Source of the DNA: a virus
Strand: one strand, 5' to 3'
DNA: 64,000 nt
Virus record (IMG/VR): IMGVR_UViG_3300045594_000630
Under the pieces are notes generated by a model. That model was not told the DNA's origin, searched no databases, and was given only the letters and a program-made list of their open reading frames with translations. The position numbers were made by a program, and so were the translations under genes. Below are positions 25,311-35,629 of the stretch, in pieces (the stretch's first letter is position 1; each line of letters begins with the position of its first letter).

Positions 25311-25880
25311 ATGTCAGAATTTGACGGCAGCAATGTCTTCACCAGCGAACCTGAAGACACGCAATCGGACACCTCTTCAGAGGAATCCCGCGCTGAGGAA
25401 TCTAAGCCGAAGAGCAGGCCATCAAGAAGAGTCATCAAGAAGGCGAACATCACCCCGCAGGCCGTCGAGGCTGTTCTTGAATGGAAGTCTCGCGTAGATC
25501 AGACCGACGCTAAGACGCTTGATCTTGCGGCCGATCTGTTGAGCGTGAAGCGAGACGATGAGGCGAAGTTCATCTCCGCTCTCATGGACAGCAGCGCGGT
25601 GTCAGCAGCTCGCAAGACGATCAGCAATGCGCTCGATCTGGCCGCACTTGATGACCTCAAGTTCGCCGTCGAGGTCTCTAAGATCGATAGGAACGATCGT
25701 AAGGATCTGTGGAATCTTGAATCCCATGTGGACCCGGATCTGGCGAACTCGCTCACGGATGGATCTGGCAAGCTTCCGACGAATGATCTGTATGCTGAGG
25801 TCAGTGTCATCAGGCGTCTGCAGAAGGAGTCGCCGGAGTTCCGGGAAGCCCTAGATGCCGTCACCGCCCTGCTAGGGTGA
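25311..25880 (+). CDS. hypothetical protein
   Basis: AGGAG SD; TGATATCTT upstream. Confidence 0.75.
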   Translation: MSEFDGSNVFTSEPEDTQSDTSSEESRAEESKPKSRPSRRVIKKANITPQAVEAVLEWKSRVDQTDAKTLDLAADLLSVKRDDEAKFISALMDSSAVSAARKTISNALDLAALDDLKFAVEVSKIDRNDRKDLWNLESHVDPDLANSLTDGSGKLPTNDLYAEVSVIRRLQKESPEFREALDAVTALLG

Positions 25881-25930
25881 AGTAGACACTGTCAATAGCA
25901 CGATCAGTCGACGTAAAGGATAGCAAGAAC

Positions 25931-26680
25931 ATGGCCAGGAAGAAACTTACTGATGGTCAGAAGACCATACTGCGGAGGCGCCGGAAGATAGCGTCCATGA
26001 TCTTAAAGGGTGAGACCAATAAAGCGGTCGCGAAAGCACTGTCCGTATCCGCTTCGACGGTGGCGAGGGATGTCCGGTGGATCAGGGACAATGAGCCGGA
26101 GAGACTAGAACGCGGCGCTGGGAAGCAGGACAAGACTACCCCCTCAGACGTCAAAGAAGGGCATTCTAACGCTCCGTCGACAGATGATGACAGATTGTCA
26201 ACACCGACGGTGCAAGACGCATCTATCAGTGAATCCGAGCGTTCTAGTGATGGTTCACCGTCCACCGTCACCGCGGACGAGTCTGTATCCCCTGTAGACA
26301 CCCCTGAACCCGATCTGGGGAAGACAGTCCCATCTGCCGGCGATGCTGTACACCCTGTAGACAGATCTGAAGCGCCTGTGGATCAGGTCAATGCCGTTGA
26401 AGAACCTGTAGATCACGATGATGTCAAGAAGTGGTGGGAAGACGGATCAAGTACTCTCGAGGATGCCGCCCTCAGGCGGGGAACATTCTCGCATGCGACC
26501 AAGGGCGCCATCAGATCTGTCCGTAAGGAGGCTGAGGATCTGGAACGATTCGATAGCGTGCCGGATGCGGAGAAGTACACGTACTTCAAGAACAGCGTCC
26601 ATCAGGCCAGATTCGAGACCATCACGGCGGTCGCACTAGCAGCTATGGTCGCGTTCATCATTCTCTGGATCGCACTGTAA
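25931..26680 (+). CDS. N-terminal HTH protein with C-terminal membrane anchor
   Basis: KGETNKAVAKALSVSASTVARDVR; terminal hydrophobic helix. Confidence 0.65.
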   Translation: MARKKLTDGQKTILRRRRKIASMILKGETNKAVAKALSVSASTVARDVRWIRDNEPERLERGAGKQDKTTPSDVKEGHSNAPSTDDDRLSTPTVQDASISESERSSDGSPSTVTADESVSPVDTPEPDLGKTVPSAGDAVHPVDRSEAPVDQVNAVEEPVDHDDVKKWWEDGSSTLEDAALRRGTFSHATKGAIRSVRKEAEDLERFDSVPDAEKYTYFKNSVHQARFETITAVALAAMVAFIILWIAL

Positions 26681-26690
26681 GGAAGTAGAT

Positions 26691-27542
26691 TTGAGCGGTG
26701 ACGATTGGGATGATCTCGGAGCAAATCAGAATGAGGACGATCCGGCAGGCCATACGCTGTTCATGGATCGTGGCAACGAGTACTATGACATCGACGCGGC
26801 CATAGGCTTCCCGATCTGGGTGGATGAAAGCACGCTTGAGTTCATCTTCTCCATCAGATACAATTCGCCGGCCTTCAACGATTCCATCTTACAGGAAGAT
26901 TACCGGATCATGACGCATAAGACCTTCTCTGACCTCATCAAGGAGCTCATCGTCCAGAAGCTTAAGATGATGGACAAGAGGCCAGATCTGTATCAGAATT
27001 CAAGCGTGAAGGCCAGCGGATACAATCTGAATACGATCAACACGAAGGACATCATAGCGATATCGGAGTCTATAGGTATAGATCCCGGTAAGATCGATGT
27101 TCTCACCCTGGTTGCAGACGTCGTCCAGTCACTGGAGAAGATCGTCGTGAACACGATCCGCAGGCGTCCCGGCATGAACAGCGGGGAGAAGATGCGATCC
27201 ATCAAGTTCATGGACGGCCAGCTATGGGATGAGGACGCTCAGTTAAGATGGAGAGCTGTCCATGCGAAGACGCTGGCGACTATGTACTCGTATGAGAATC
27301 TGCCCCGGTCAGTGAGGATCATCGACTCGCTTGACACGTACATCAACAATGAGATCAGATCTGGCCACATCAGTGGGGACATGTCCGTCACGTTCATGGA
27401 CTCGTATCTGAGTGATGACGTGATCACTTACGTTCTTGATCAGCTTGAATGCAAGGACCCCGGCATGGCCGATGAGATGGTGATCGATAATGCTATCGAA
27501 GATGTCCGCACGGGCGAATGGATGGATGATGACCATTGGTGA
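26691..27542 (+). CDS. hypothetical protein
   Basis: 283 aa ORF in operon context. Confidence 0.75.
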   Translation: MSGDDWDDLGANQNEDDPAGHTLFMDRGNEYYDIDAAIGFPIWVDESTLEFIFSIRYNSPAFNDSILQEDYRIMTHKTFSDLIKELIVQKLKMMDKRPDLYQNSSVKASGYNLNTINTKDIIAISESIGIDPGKIDVLTLVADVVQSLEKIVVNTIRRRPGMNSGEKMRSIKFMDGQLWDEDAQLRWRAVHAKTLATMYSYENLPRSVRIIDSLDTYINNEIRSGHISGDMSVTFMDSYLSDDVITYVLDQLECKDPGMADEMVIDNAIEDVRTGEWMDDDHW

Positions 27543-27600
27543 CAAGGCCATGATCTTTTGATATGATGTTCCATGGAAAGATCTTCATCAGGAATGGAGT

Positions 27601-28239
27601 ATGATCTTGAGGAAACATCTGCGTGGGAAGATTGCGGGCATAGCGATCATGGTGGGAGCGCTTGTTCTGATAGTAGGCGCGTTCACCCATCTGCTCATTG
27701 ATGCTATCATCATGCTGATCACCATAGCCGGGCTGTCATTAGGAATGGCCATCCCGGTCATGTGGCTCGCCCGCAAGATCAGGTACAAGAATGCTATCAA
27801 TGATGTTCGCAACTCGATGAAAGCGCAAGCGAGATCTGTCAGGGAGAACCGGGTTGAGGTGTCTGCCGAGTCTCCGCTAGCCGCCATGCGGGAGGCCTTG
27901 ACCGACCATGATCCGTACGCGATCAGCGTCATGGACTCATACCGGAATCTTGAACGCGAAGCAATGGACGCTCATGCGTCCCTAGAGCCGATCAGGGAGA
28001 AGTATCGGGTCAAGTTCGATGGTCTTGACAGGCTGCTGTCATTCAGGAAAGATCTGATCCGTGACCCGAAGCTGTACGGAATAGATCTGAAGACTGCGAA
28101 CACGATGATAGCAGAGTCAACCAGATCTATCGAGCTGTCTATTCTCGACGATACCAGATCATTCACGGACAGGAAGGTCATGGAAGCCCGAGCTACCGCT
28201 GACTACATCAACTCTGACGCGCCATCACCATCGATCTGA
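27601..28239 (+). CDS. membrane protein (2 TM)
   Basis: N-terminal hydrophobic hairpin; GGAG SD. Confidence 0.75.
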   Translation: MILRKHLRGKIAGIAIMVGALVLIVGAFTHLLIDAIIMLITIAGLSLGMAIPVMWLARKIRYKNAINDVRNSMKAQARSVRENRVEVSAESPLAAMREALTDHDPYAISVMDSYRNLEREAMDAHASLEPIREKYRVKFDGLDRLLSFRKDLIRDPKLYGIDLKTANTMIAESTRSIELSILDDTRSFTDRKVMEARATADYINSDAPSPSI

Positions 28240-28302
28240 TACCATATCGGCGATTCTTACGATATCTATGTTATAATGATCTTGTACACACTATGAGGTC
28301 AG

Positions 28303-28932
28303 ATGGAGGCAATCATGGATGACGACGCCAAGACTACGAGGATCGATCCGGTGGACAAGTATCAGGGGCCATCTACAACAGAGCATGATGAGCCTAAGGT
28401 CAAGGATGATCCGGCTGCAAGCAATGATCATGACGGATCTGGCAAGAGAATGGATCATAGCGGAAAGATCATCATAACGATAAGCGTTCTTGCAATGATC
28501 GTGGTGCTTGGAAGAATCGCCTTCATTGATGGTAACCATGGATCTGCTCCCTCTACCCCGGTGACGACAAGCTCATCGTATGATGATGCAAGCAAGAAGT
28601 CGGAAGCTCCGTCGCCCTCGGAATCATCGAAGACGGTTGATCTCAATGATCTTAAGGGACAGAAATGGAGCAACGCGAAGAAGATCGTGAAGAGCCGTGG
28701 TGGAGATCTGTCTAACGCTCTTGTACTCACCGATGACGGCAAGGAGCCGGTGGTCGACAGTAACTGGACGGTGAAGGACATCAGTCAAGATGCGAATGGT
28801 CTTATCACGGTCCATCTCACCCATGACAGCAGTGACGTTGACGTGAGCGGCCCGGTCAGCGGTCTTAAGGACGCTGGAGAGGATGCATGGAACAGCGTGA
28901 AGGATGGAACCGTAGGCCTCGGCCAGCACTGA
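28303..28932 (+). CDS. membrane-anchored protein with PASTA-like domain
   Basis: One TM, Ser-rich linker, LNDLKGQKWSNAKKIV...DSNWTV. Confidence 0.6.
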   Translation: MEAIMDDDAKTTRIDPVDKYQGPSTTEHDEPKVKDDPAASNDHDGSGKRMDHSGKIIITISVLAMIVVLGRIAFIDGNHGSAPSTPVTTSSSYDDASKKSEAPSPSESSKTVDLNDLKGQKWSNAKKIVKSRGGDLSNALVLTDDGKEPVVDSNWTVKDISQDANGLITVHLTHDSSDVDVSGPVSGLKDAGEDAWNSVKDGTVGLGQH

Positions 28933-29021
28933 TAGATGCAATGATCAGTAGCCATCTGTTGATATCTTAGTCCTCTTGTGGTACAATGATTATATAAAGA
29001 ACATTCATAAGGAGAAGAAGA

Positions 29022-31145
29022 TTGGTTAGCAACGATGAATCGTACACTGCTGACGACATCACGCATCTTGAATACCCGGTCTCTATATGGAAGAGACCGT
29101 CCATGTATCTTGGTGAACGTGGAGAGCAGCAGTCTGTCGGTATCCGTGAGCTCACGGACAATGCGACGCAGGAAGGCCTGAGAGGATTCGCAGATCATGT
29201 TCGCGTGATCTTCAATGAAGATGAATCCATCATCGTTCAGGACAATGGCCGCGGTCTTCCAGTTGACGTGAACAGGAAGACCGGTGAGAATGGCATCATT
29301 CTCACAATGGCCACGCTGCATGCAGGTGCTAACTTCAAGTCTGACGTGAAGGCGGGGCAGGCAGGAGCTGGTCTGAATGGTGTCGGCGCATCCGTCACGA
29401 ACGCTCTTGCGAAGAGATTTGACGTACTGGTGTACAGATCTGGCAAGGAGTACAGTCTGTCATTCCAGAATGGATACCCCGGACACTTCAATGGTGAAGA
29501 CCCTGACGCTGCGTTCAAGAAGGGCAAGGACATCATTGTCCATAAAGATCCCCGCCCTGCTGATGAACGCAAGACATGGAAGACAGGGACGTGGATACGG
29601 ATCTGGTATAATCAGGAGCACTTCCCTGATGATGAGAGCGTGGATCGGGAAGATCTCATCGAGCGCTTGAAGGGCGTGAGCTACATCATCCCCGGTCTTC
29701 ATATCGACATTGAAGACAGGATGCGCCATAATGAAGATGGCACGCCGTACTCATACTCGTTCTACTCGGAGCACGGTATACCTGAGTTCGTTGAGAACAT
29801 CTCCCCTGACGCTCTTCTTCCCGGATCTGAGACGAAGAGCGGCGGCGAATTCGAGAAGAAGGGCATCTACTCCGTCAAGGTGAATGGTCATTATGACGAG
29901 CACACGACGAATGAGCAGGGCAAGCCGATCATTGCTAAGAGAACGGTGACGGCAGATCTTGCCATGAGATGGGGCGTCGGTTATGAGCCTACCCTGAAGT
30001 CATACGTGAACACGATCCAGACGCATAACGGCGGTGTCCATGAGAAGGCGTTCGAAGACGCTATCGCGAAGACCTTCTCGCAACGGATGTCGTCAATGCG
30101 CGGGATGATCACGAAGAAGGACGAGCCGCCAATCTCGGAAGACATTCTTGGCGGCGCTACGATCGTTCTCTCCATCAATGTGCCGGAGCCGCAGTTCGTC
30201 GGACAGCAGAAGGACGAACTCTCCGGGCCAGAGGTGAAGAAGGCGCTGACGGCTGCATTCACCAGTGGATTCAATCGTCTTCTGAATTCAGCCCGTGAGC
30301 AGGATGCGCTCAGATCAATCTTCGAGAAGATCAAGACGGCTGCGAATGACCGTAAGTCCGCGCAAGACGCTAAGCTACTCAAGCGGCAGTCTCACCGCGT
30401 GACAAGCGCATCCCTTCCACCCAAGCTGTCTGACTGCGACGTGACTGACACCCCGGACTCAGAACTGCTGATCTGCGAGGGTGATTCCGCAGCAGGTACG
30501 ATCACCAAGGCCCGTGACGCGACGTACCAGGCTGTCATGCCGATCCGTGGTAAGATCTTGAACTGCTTGAAGGCTGACATGAAGAAGATACTCAGCAACG
30601 GTGAGGTCAATGACATTGCCAAGGCTCTCGGCGCTGGAATGGGAGACAACTTTGACTCAGAGCGATGCAGGTACGGGAGGGTCATCTTCGCGGCTGACGC
30701 CGATGTCGATGGCCTGCAGATCGATAACCTGCTGTACACGGTGTTCTACAGGCTGTTCAGAAGTCTTATCGAGGAGGGCAGGGTCTATCAAGCCGTGTCA
30801 CCATTGTATGAGATCAGATCTGGTTCCGGTAAGAATCAGAAGACTTACTACGCGATCGACGGTGAGGCCAGGGATAAGATCACGAAGAGACTCGACGCCG
30901 AGCATAAGACGTACAAGGTCGATCGTGATAAGGGACTTGGAGAGATGGACATCGATGACTTCTGGAACAGTGTGCTCGACCCCGAGAACAGGACGCTGAA
31001 GAAGCTCACACTTGATGATGTCCATGCTGCCGAGGACGCACTCACCCTGACGATGGATGATTCGTCTCAGGAGAAGAAGGATTTCATGAGTAACAACTTC
31101 GAGGCCGCTATTGAGACCGGGCTTATCGAAGGATTTGGAGACTGA
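29022..31145 (+). CDS. type IIA topoisomerase B subunit (GyrB/ParE)
   Basis: ELTDNA, DNGRGLP, GLNGVGAS, EGDSA, PIRGKILN, DADVDG, KGLGEM. Confidence 0.95.
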   Translation: MVSNDESYTADDITHLEYPVSIWKRPSMYLGERGEQQSVGIRELTDNATQEGLRGFADHVRVIFNEDESIIVQDNGRGLPVDVNRKTGENGIILTMATLHAGANFKSDVKAGQAGAGLNGVGASVTNALAKRFDVLVYRSGKEYSLSFQNGYPGHFNGEDPDAAFKKGKDIIVHKDPRPADERKTWKTGTWIRIWYNQEHFPDDESVDREDLIERLKGVSYIIPGLHIDIEDRMRHNEDGTPYSYSFYSEHGIPEFVENISPDALLPGSETKSGGEFEKKGIYSVKVNGHYDEHTTNEQGKPIIAKRTVTADLAMRWGVGYEPTLKSYVNTIQTHNGGVHEKAFEDAIAKTFSQRMSSMRGMITKKDEPPISEDILGGATIVLSINVPEPQFVGQQKDELSGPEVKKALTAAFTSGFNRLLNSAREQDALRSIFEKIKTAANDRKSAQDAKLLKRQSHRVTSASLPPKLSDCDVTDTPDSELLICEGDSAAGTITKARDATYQAVMPIRGKILNCLKADMKKILSNGEVNDIAKALGAGMGDNFDSERCRYGRVIFAADADVDGLQIDNLLYTVFYRLFRSLIEEGRVYQAVSPLYEIRSGSGKNQKTYYAIDGEARDKITKRLDAEHKTYKVDRDKGLGEMDIDDFWNSVLDPENRTLKKLTLDDVHAAEDALTLTMDDSSQEKKDFMSNNFEAAIETGLIEGFGD

Positions 31146-31148
31146 CAT

Positions 31149-33551
31149 ATGGCAAGAAGGAAACGTAAGAACTCAGAACTCATCCAGGAGTCTCAGCAGA
31201 GATTCAAGAACGTGGCGAAGAACATCGATGAAGTCCAGGTGCAGGACTGGCTAAAGACCAACTTCATCCCCTATGCATGGTCGTATAACCTGGACCGTGC
31301 GCTTGTTGACGTATCCGGTCTGAAGCCGGTGCAACGGCGCATACTGTATACGATGTACAAGCAAGGCTTGTCACCGTCTGCGAACAGATCTAAGGTGGCC
31401 ACACTTGGTGGCGCCGTCTTGCATCTGCATCCCCACGGTGACTCGTCAGTGGTCGACGCACTTAAGAACATGGCCAGATCTCACATCTTCCGGGTACCGC
31501 TCATTGACGGCAAGGGTGACTTCGGAGCGCCGGGGAAGCCGGGCGCCGCAGGAAGATACATCGAGGCGAGACTGTCCAGGGCCGCATGGCTGAACGTGAC
31601 TGACATCGGCATGAATGCCGTCAAGATGATACCGAACTATGACAACACGACGACAGAGCCGGCGTACATCCCGGTCAAGTGGCCCGTTGGTGTCATCAAT
31701 GGCGGATCTGGAATGGCCGTGGCCTATGCGTCGAACATCCCATCGCATAATCCGGGTGAGATCATGCGGGCATGCATCCAGCTGGTGAGGGATCCGAGGA
31801 CATCAGACAAGAAGCTTGAATCGATCATCAAGGGACCTGACTTCAAGATGGGTGGTCTGGTCACCAGCATCGACGGCGTCCATGACTACTTGGAGACAGG
31901 TGCGGGCACGTTCACCCTCAGAGCTAAGTATGAAGAGGAGACGATAGCCCGAGGTGCTACCAGGGTCGAGTTCTATGAGATCCCATTCGGAACATACCCG
32001 GAGAAGATCTTGGACTCCATCCAGAAGCAGATGAGCAACGGGAAGCTCCAGGACATCTCCGAGTACAAAGATCTGTCCGATCGTGAGCATCCCATCAGGA
32101 TCGTGGTCATCATCAAGCCAGGCGCTCAGAAGAAGAAGGCTATCGAGGACATCTTCAAGTACACGCCATTGCAGACCAGATTCTCCGTGAACATGACGAC
32201 GATCATGAAGAACAGGCCAACGCAGTCGTCCATGAAGGACATTCTTCTTGACTTCATCGAATTCAGGAAGCTCTGCGTGACGCATATTCTGAATTACGAT
32301 CTTGCCAGGAAGAAGGATAGGGCGCATCTTATTGATGGCATTCTCAAGGTTCTGCTTGACATTGACGCGGCTATAACGATCATCAGGAGATCTGATGATG
32401 CTGAATCTGCGAAGACCAAGTTGGAGAAGAGATTCAAGATCGATGACCAGCAGGCCGATTACGTGCTCTCGCTCCAGCTGCGCCGCCTCACGAGGATGGA
32501 CAGCGTTGCCCTCAAGAATGAAGACAAGCAGCTGTCCGCTGATGTGGCCGGCATTGCTGACACGCTGAATGATGAGGCCAAGTTCAAGGAGTACCTCATC
32601 AATGAGTTCAAGGACACGATGAAGATCATCGATGATCCGAGGTGCACTGAGATCAATGGCGTGACGGAGGAGGAGTTCAAGGCTGCGCAGACGGCCGCGG
32701 CTCGTAAGATCAAGGCTGCCAGCAAGGGTGCGTCCACGTATCTTGTCCAGCTGTCCGACGGATCCATCATGAAGAGTCTTGAGAAGATACCGACCTCGGT
32801 GGAGACGCATACTGCCGGCAAGGTGCGGTCGATCCCAATCAGATCTGTCAGCAAGCTCGCTGGCAATGCAAGCATCGCTCTCATAGGATCTGACGGATCT
32901 GCCTACACGTCGAGTCTGCTGTCCATGGATGACGGGAAGCAGGTCAAGACCAAGTCTCTTGGTGTACTGCCGTCAGGGGTCACATCACAGGCTATCATCG
33001 GTCCAGGGCATTCCACAGTACTGATCTGCACGCGCAAGGGCAAGGTGCGGCACGTCAATGTGGACAATGACGGCAAGTGGACGAGCGAACCTGTGGTGAG
33101 ACTAGACGATGGTGACACTATCGTAGGCGCCGTCGACACTACAAAGATCGTGAAGAATTCGACTGCTATCATCGTGACGAAGAAGGGTCGTGCGCTCAGA
33201 TTCAGGATAGACGACATCAGGCCATGCGGAGCCGGTTCACAGACCATCGCTGGTATGAATCTGGGGAAGGACGATGAAGTCGTCAGCATCGTTGCCGCCA
33301 GACCTGACGCTCATAGTCTGGTCACGACGTCGACCGTCACCATCAAGACCACGTCCCTAGATGACATCACGGTCCATGGACGCGGTGGCTCTGGCGTCGC
33401 TGTCCATAACCTGCTAGCGACTGACGGCATCACGCAAGCAGCCGTTGACCCGGTGATCGTCCACGGGCACACGATCGTGGACATCCCATCACCGTCATCA
33501 AGATCTGCACGGCCCGCTCCGCTCCAGAAGGGGTCGTTGCTATCCATCTGA
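31149..33551 (+). CDS. type IIA topoisomerase A subunit (GyrA/ParC)
   Basis: GLKPVQRRILY, HPHGD, catalytic AAGRYIEARL, pinwheel-like C-terminus. Confidence 0.95.
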   Translation: MARRKRKNSELIQESQQRFKNVAKNIDEVQVQDWLKTNFIPYAWSYNLDRALVDVSGLKPVQRRILYTMYKQGLSPSANRSKVATLGGAVLHLHPHGDSSVVDALKNMARSHIFRVPLIDGKGDFGAPGKPGAAGRYIEARLSRAAWLNVTDIGMNAVKMIPNYDNTTTEPAYIPVKWPVGVINGGSGMAVAYASNIPSHNPGEIMRACIQLVRDPRTSDKKLESIIKGPDFKMGGLVTSIDGVHDYLETGAGTFTLRAKYEEETIARGATRVEFYEIPFGTYPEKILDSIQKQMSNGKLQDISEYKDLSDREHPIRIVVIIKPGAQKKKAIEDIFKYTPLQTRFSVNMTTIMKNRPTQSSMKDILLDFIEFRKLCVTHILNYDLARKKDRAHLIDGILKVLLDIDAAITIIRRSDDAESAKTKLEKRFKIDDQQADYVLSLQLRRLTRMDSVALKNEDKQLSADVAGIADTLNDEAKFKEYLINEFKDTMKIIDDPRCTEINGVTEEEFKAAQTAAARKIKAASKGASTYLVQLSDGSIMKSLEKIPTSVETHTAGKVRSIPIRSVSKLAGNASIALIGSDGSAYTSSLLSMDDGKQVKTKSLGVLPSGVTSQAIIGPGHSTVLICTRKGKVRHVNVDNDGKWTSEPVVRLDDGDTIVGAVDTTKIVKNSTAIIVTKKGRALRFRIDDIRPCGAGSQTIAGMNLGKDDEVVSIVAARPDAHSLVTTSTVTIKTTSLDDITVHGRGGSGVAVHNLLATDGITQAAVDPVIVHGHTIVDIPSPSSRSARPAPLQKGSLLSI

Positions 33552-33591
33552 TAGCATCCATGGAAGACGAGTGTCTTGATATCTTCCCCAT

Positions 33592-34458
33592 ATGATTGGA
33601 GTCATGTCATATGTAAGATCTAGGATGCGGACAGAGGGTGGATTCATGGGGCTGACCCATGCGCTCAGTGCTGTCGCCATCATTCTCACGATCATGGCTA
33701 TACGCCCGGAATGGATCACAATAGTCACTAAGGGCGCCGGGACTCCGTACCTGATCTTACTGCTTCTCGTCGTGGTCGGTGGCGCGCTCATGCCGGATCT
33801 TGATAACACTGACTCGTCCGCCGAATCCGCTCTGGGGTTCATTGGATCTGGTATCAGCTGGTTCATGAGACTGACCGCGCCGATCATCCAGGGAGCTATC
33901 CATACGAAGTATGATAAGGACACGGAGAATGCGCACCGCGGATTCTATCACACGGCACTCGCGGCCGCTCTCTTCGGGTCGCTGACCTCATTCTTGTGCT
34001 CAGATGCTATTGACGTTCCAGTATACGGACCGTTCCATCTGAACGGCAAGATTATAGCGATCATCATCGCGTTCATCGGTGTCCACATCGCGTTGTCCAC
34101 GCTAGGCAAGCCGATCATCAAGAAGGCGCAGAGCCAGGCTGGTCTGCTTGGATTCATCGTGCCCACGTTGCTGTCAGCCGTCGTCGTTAGTGTATTATGG
34201 TCGCAGCTCCCGGAAGAGACTGACTACACGATCATTGGTATCGCGTTCGGAGCTGGATGGCTGATCCACGAACTTGGGGACATGTGCACGACGGCCGGGG
34301 TGCCGGTCTTATTCCCTCTCCCGATCCGAGGGCATCTCTGGTGGAATGTCCGTCTATTGCCGATCAAGGCGGGTGGAGTGATCGAGAACTATTTCTTCAT
34401 ACCGCTCTTCCTGATCGTATCCGTGGTCATGCTTGTTCTGATACTGCACATCACCTGA
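33592..34458 (+). CDS. YdjM-like membrane metal-dependent hydrolase
   Basis: GLTHA, LMPDLD, HRGFYHT, HELGDMCTTAGVP. Confidence 0.8.
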   Translation: MIGVMSYVRSRMRTEGGFMGLTHALSAVAIILTIMAIRPEWITIVTKGAGTPYLILLLLVVVGGALMPDLDNTDSSAESALGFIGSGISWFMRLTAPIIQGAIHTKYDKDTENAHRGFYHTALAAALFGSLTSFLCSDAIDVPVYGPFHLNGKIIAIIIAFIGVHIALSTLGKPIIKKAQSQAGLLGFIVPTLLSAVVVSVLWSQLPEETDYTIIGIAFGAGWLIHELGDMCTTAGVPVLFPLPIRGHLWWNVRLLPIKAGGVIENYFFIPLFLIVSVVMLVLILHIT

Positions 34459-34539
34459 ACGGTTATGAACAGGACCGCGTTACATAATATAATGCAAGAA
34501 TGTATATCTTCCCGTTATTAGGAAGATGGAGGATTCATT

Positions 34540-35247
34540 ATGGCGACTAGAAAATGGGGATTGACGATCGACCCTGACGGCACGATGCGGACAAGCATCT
34601 GCAGGGCTAAGAGGCCGGGGACCGGTAGGTGCCATCACTTTGCTCACGTGAAGGACGCTGAGACCGCGCAGAAGTACATCGCCCTCCACCAGTTGCAGCC
34701 AGATCTGATGAAGATCGTAGACTATGATAAGGACATGAAGTCACTGAGCAGCGCGGTGAGGGACTATCTTGAAGATCGTGGAGTTCAGGTCGAGCACACC
34801 CCTGCTGACGAGAATGTCAGCATCTTGGACACCTGGTTCCATGGTGACCGCAAGCTTGCTGACAAGATTCTCGGTGACGCCCAGGAGGCGAATGTGATAC
34901 CCTCCATCAAGGCGAATAGGAGCGTGACCAGCAGTGTCAAGGATCTTGTCAAGGATGGCGTGAAGGTCAAGGTCGACGGGAACAGATTCGCGGGGATGTC
35001 CATGGAGTACGATTCAGAGCTTGATACCGATGTCTGGATGACCGCGAATGGTCTGAACGCTGACAAGCTTGACGGCGACGCGCCCGTGACGATCATGGTG
35101 GCCAACGGATCCGATGAGAACGCGGCTGTCGGACACGTGCGGTCAAGCTGGGCTCATCATGAAGACAATGATGATCTGCTGTCAGAAGAGCGCCGGGAAG
35201 ATTTCAAGAACGCTGGATATGCTAGTCTGCATGGTCATAAGGTCTGA
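34540..35247 (+). CDS. hypothetical protein with N-terminal Cys/His motif
   Basis: DPDG...ICRAKRPGTGRCHHFAH. Confidence 0.75.
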   Translation: MATRKWGLTIDPDGTMRTSICRAKRPGTGRCHHFAHVKDAETAQKYIALHQLQPDLMKIVDYDKDMKSLSSAVRDYLEDRGVQVEHTPADENVSILDTWFHGDRKLADKILGDAQEANVIPSIKANRSVTSSVKDLVKDGVKVKVDGNRFAGMSMEYDSELDTDVWMTANGLNADKLDGDAPVTIMVANGSDENAAVGHVRSSWAHHEDNDDLLSEERREDFKNAGYASLHGHKV

Positions 35248-35269
35248 CTAGTCCGGCGGTAAAAGATAT

Positions 35270-35311
35270 AGCCCTAGGAACGTTGCTATTCCAGCGTTCA
35301 TAGGGCTTTTT
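35270..35311 (+). terminator. intrinsic terminator
   Basis: agcccta-gaacg/cgttc-tagggct plus T run. Confidence 0.65.
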
Positions 35312-35629
35312 CAGATATTTGGTTTCAATTCCAGACAACGATTTTATAATGATATCTGTCATCGGGTACCAGCTCATCTACTGATATCTTACATGTATCT
35401 CTCACATACACAAGTTGTGAAGACAAGGACTACATAAGGGGCGGAGATCATAAACAGCAGCGCAGTTTCTCAACAGCAGGTCAATTCTGATCAATCGAAT
35501 CAAATCGAACATCATAGCAGGTTCACGGCTGATGACGTCAGGCTGACAGCGTTAAGCAGGCAGGCCCGTCTTGCGGCGAGTGGCAATGCCAAGTACTTTG
35601 ATCTTGAAGAGGAGCTCTTCCTCGGGAGA

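Noticed and set aside
31803-32810. Long antisense ORFs (335 aa here, 225 aa at 41003-41680, and others)
   Set aside because: They mirror well-supported genes on the other strand, a known effect of biased codon usage
35295-35305. 11-nt match (cgttcataggg) to the orphan omega-RNA guide
   Set aside because: It misses the first guide bases, has no TGT upstream and is one arm of a terminator; probably chance
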